Source: Octopus bimaculoides (lineage: Eukaryota). From it: a stretch of DNA of 64,000 nucleotides. The stretch is from assembly GCF_001194135.2 (NCBI RefSeq), contig NC_068982.1, positions 106,770,460 through 106,834,459 on the forward strand. Reading direction: 5' to 3'. Below, in pieces: positions 59,961-64,000 of the stretch. Both the position numbers and the translations under genes were made by a program. Under the pieces are notes generated by a model, which worked only from the letters and a program-made list of their open reading frames with translations, did no database searches and was not told the DNA's origin. The stretch's first letter is position 1. Each line of letters opens with the position of its first letter.

Positions 59961-60464
59961 CCATAAGTCAGCTTTAATCATGCAGCGCTATGATCAAACA
60001 TTTTCAAGTGTCTATGGTTACATTGTCCAGTGTATCTTTCTATACTTAAGACAGTAGGGTGTTATTTAAGAGCATTATATAAGAGAGTACAATGTGATTT
60101 GAGAGCAGTTTGGTAGCTATGGGAGAACAACTTTACTGAAGAAATTAATGACTCTTCTCCTTTTCCCTATCTCCTCCGTTATTCCACACAACGCTGTTTC
60201 TTCCATTACTCTCTCAACTACAATCCTCTCACAACAATAAATTCATTCCTCCCATCATAGCTTAACTCCTCTCAACATTTCACCTAAAGTAACTACTCTC
60301 TCCTATTTTCTCTTTCACCCTGCAAGTTGCAAGATGACCTCAGTCATACTGGTGTATGAAAGATGCACCTAGAAGCTTTGTAAAGAGGTTGGAAAATCAA
60401 GCTGTAACATCATAAGATTGAGAGGACTTCATCATGAACAAGATACCTTCACCAGTGTTGGGCG

Positions 60465-60655
60465 TCATGGAAAATTGCACCCAGTACACTCTGTAAAGTG
60501 GTTGGCGTTAGGAAGGACATTCAGCCATAGAATCAATGCCAGAATCGAGACACTGGAGTGAAACATGGTCCTCTCACCTGTTGGATCCCATTGAACCATC
60601 CAGTTCATGTTAGCATGGAAAGTGGATATGAATTGATGATGATGATGATGAAGAT
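60465..60655 (+). mobile_element. Older RTE-type 3'-end copy
   Basis: gtggttggcgttaggaaggacattcagcc...agcatggaaagtggat...gatgatgatg. Confidence 0.7.
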
Positions 60656-62499
60656 GAAATTACTGTTTTGGTCTTAAAACTTAAATTATTTGTGTTTCAA
60701 AATCAGATTTTAGAGACTTATCAGCAAGCAGTTTTGAATTTTAAATATGGGCAAAATTTTGCCTGAGAGTAAGAGGTTCTGCATACATGGCATAGAGGCT
60801 CTTTGTTGGCTTGAATAGATGGTGTACTTTATAAAAGTACAAAGCATTTTCAATTAAAGCTGCACTTGAAGAGTATAAGCAAGGAGATGAAGTGAGAAGA
60901 GATTAATTAAGAAAACTGCTTATTATTAGAGGTATGCTACAAAGAAGGTGTTTTACTTAGGGTTAGGGTTAAAATTGAGATGGAACTGAAGCTAGGATTC
61001 TTGCTGGGTTCAAAAAAGAGTAAGACAATTTCTAATAAAAGGCGAAACTTTAACAGAAAAGAAAAGTAATTATTCAATCAGTAACTTATAAGGCAAAGTA
61101 GAATTCTTAACAGTGGAGCACTTCTACCATAAGCATCCTGAAATAAACAAAGAACTACAATCAGTGAATGAATTTCTACAAGGTTACATTGCTCAACATG
61201 CTAGAAATAGCATACTTACTTAACATACTACTCTCTTTAAAAAGAATACAATTAGATAATATAATTAGAACATTATGCCTGAGCAAAAAGATGGCCTAGT
61301 CATGGCCAGAATGCCTTTGATTGCAAGTCTGTTCAATCAAGGCTAACCATCGGTTAACAAAGTCAATATTATTGTTTGCTTTTTCTTTTCTTTTAAACAT
61401 GGTTAACTAAATCCCTGTCTAAAGGTGCTGACTTGGAAACTTAAAAGACAATTAGTAAAAGAAAGTTAGCTTCTATCTTCTGCTTTTCTTACACTATTTC
61501 TTTCATATTAAAAATCACAGAACCTTGATTTTTGTGGATGCTAAATAAATTTAACCTCTGAAATTTTTCGATGTATTAAGATTTGTTTCTTCTATGCTGT
61601 TTTTTTTTTTTTTTTCCAATGGGTTAATATGTATGAAAAACTCCTACGACGATCTCTAAAATTTCAGTCGTCCTCATTTCTTTTTCCCTCCACAGAAAAT
61701 ACAGTGTATGGCTACATATTTAAAGTGGGCGATCTTTCGAAGTATGTATATATATAAGATGGCAAAGTGAAATATATTGCACTGAATTGAAAAGTAAACA
61801 AACGACCGTCAATAATCGGGAATGCGTTTGATAAATACGTGAGTGTATACAGAATGTTTTCGCATTGTACAAAGAAATCTATTGATTTAACATTCTCTTC
61901 GGCGATCTTTGGTTTTTTGGTAAATATATTTGTGGGACTGACAATGAAACCAAGACAATATAAGATACAAAAATAGACTATTTACAGGAGTTTACATGAC
62001 CACAACACATGCAAGAGAACGTTTATGTGATTGACGCCAGGCTTATCACACAAAAGCATTACACATCATTATACTGTATAATTATTTGCAGTTTACTAAT
62101 TGAAAAATGGAATAAATCATATGCAATCGGATTTTAGTTATCACTTTGTTACATCAGGTATATCATTTTATACCACTGACGATAATTTGTTTAAAATTTT
62201 TGATTCAGTGTAGTTTGTTTTACTTTATTCATCTCTATGCTAGCTTGCGTATTCTCATGTGTGCGTATATGTGTGTGTAATTTGATATGTGGTTGCTATG
62301 TCTAGCAGGTGATCGTCTCCTAAATGCCCCAGCCTCAATTGTGCTTCCTTTATGTTTACTATAGGAACATGACAAATTAATTCCCCTTGTTAAAGAGTCC
62401 ATCACCCCAAACTTTGTCTTTTTAAATATGTTTTTTACACTGCGATTTCTCATATTCTACAGAGTTTCGTATTAATTCGTTCGAAAAGATGAGGCGGGT

Positions 62500-63300
62500 T
62501 ATTCATACTTACTATACGTTCAAATAAAAGTATCGAGTAAAGTCGAAAATACGAATATTAACAAATGAATATATGTGCATGGATATTGTATCACTTGGCA
62601 ACTGATTCACACATTTGTATTTGTGCGGTTCTCTCTGTTTTCATCACCTAAAATCGGAGATTACTCAACTATTAATTTAAGGCTTTATAAAAAAAAAAAA
62701 AAAAGTGGGCAACCGTTTATGGATTGCTAAACAGGGGGACAATGGAAAACTGTTTCTGGTGATCTTGCACAAATCGAGCAAGCTTAAGTAATTTACCACC
62801 AATTCACGTAATTGCTACATCCAATACAATTATTGCATTAAACATTAATAGGGTCAAGAAATTTTCGATAAATGTGTAAATTGAACATCCTGCTAGCATG
62901 TTGCGTTTATGTTCCATCGATTGTAATTTACAATCAATGACCCGAGTGCAACGGATTCGCTTTACCTAGACTTAGCAAAGTTATCAAATAAGAATTCTTA
63001 TTCTACCAATCAGAGAGGTCATTATAAAATTGCTGGATGTTAGTGACCGATCATGAATATGAATTATTGAGAAGATCTGTTTGTAAACAAATTATTAACA
63101 AGGACATGAGCAGTGATATACTTACAGCAGTTTCCCCCAGACAAATTACGAGCATGCGCAATTGCTACAACGTCGTATAATAATAGTGGCTCACGTGGCT
63201 GAAATGTACCCTTTGGGATTTTGTTGACAGGTATCGATGTGATGACTGAATTTGCTCAGATCTATCGAAGTGCAATTATATCTAACGAGTAGGTAGGATT
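62500..63300. promoter_or_regulatory. Candidate EXD3 promoter/non-coding first exon, possibly bidirectional
   Basis: CpG-richer zone; minus-strand gtaagt donor after 62513; CCAAT at 63006, GCATGCGCA (NRF1-like) at 63152-63160, CACGTG at ~63192. No transcript evidence. Confidence 0.3.
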
Positions 63301-64000
63301 TCAAACAACGAAGATAGCAGGACGGTTTGAAATTGCGAAAAACGACCTATTGTTGTCATCGTTTACCTGCAGTTCCATGGATATCGAAATAAATGAACTA
63401 AAATATAAATGGATGTAACCAAATGCATTTTAAGCGATTTGTGTGATTTGGGCATGAAACTGTTCAGCTTCCCTCATGAGAACTATTTTCTTATGCCAAG
63501 CTAGTATAACGAACGCAGCATATGTTGGTTAAACAGTGTACTGCTCCAACATAATTTATGTTTTATAACGAAGTAATTTTTTTAAAAATACGTTATATGT
63601 TAATGTTTTCAAAAGAAGTAGTTCTGAGTAGTTTTAAAACTAAACCAAAAGCAACCCTTGTTATTTAATAACTGATGCTGATTTCTAATTTTTTCTTCAC
63701 ACACACAATATTATCTTTTTCACTTTTAATTTCATAATTAAGCCGAAGTGGACTTACCTTTTCATCTTTTACGGAATCGATAAAATAAGTACCAGTTGAG
63801 CACCGTCGTCAATGTAATCCACTTACTCTTCCCCCAAAATTTCAGGTCTTGTGCCTATAATACAAAAAAATATAGGTGGACATTGGAATTAGACACTGAG
63901 GGAAAATGGCTGTAACTTTTTTATTTTTTAATTTTGGCGATTTTCGTTTTCGATAATGTGTTTTACATGTCACGGTCATACGATTCCCCCATAAAAAAAC

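Noticed and set aside
62235-62453. 72-aa ORF as a possible EXD3 N-terminal exon
   Set aside because: No similarity to EXD3, overlaps a repeat motif (cctgctagacatagcaacc), and ends in a stop with no suitable donor.

Overview
AT-rich animal genomic DNA with dense TA/CA/GA microsatellites and one 10-N gap. The repeat content looks like an octopus or other coleoid cephalopod (inference, no database search). I reconstructed two spliced genes by hand, both on the minus strand and head-to-tail. EXD3/mut-7 (DEDDy 3'-5' exonuclease plus Mut7-C domain; 16 coding exons, 58934->25362, ~713 aa) appears complete at its 3' end. SEC63 (J-domain translocon subunit; 11 exons visible, 21692->327) runs off the left edge. 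The introns hold many mobile-element relics: RTE LINEs and their 3' ends, CR1/L2-like, Penelope, a CRE-like RLE element, mariner, DD37D, DUF4817-type Tc1/mariner, MITEs and tRNA-type SINEs. I found no prokaryotic systems or CRISPR, and nothing I can establish as a new biological system. The best leads are structural: a pre-miRNA-like hairpin downstream of EXD3 that overlaps a poly(A) signal, a ~1-kb foldback element, a pristine MITE with an 8-bp TSD, a GC-AG intron, and inverted LINE pairs that bracket in-frame exon blocks. Percent identities are by-eye estimates.
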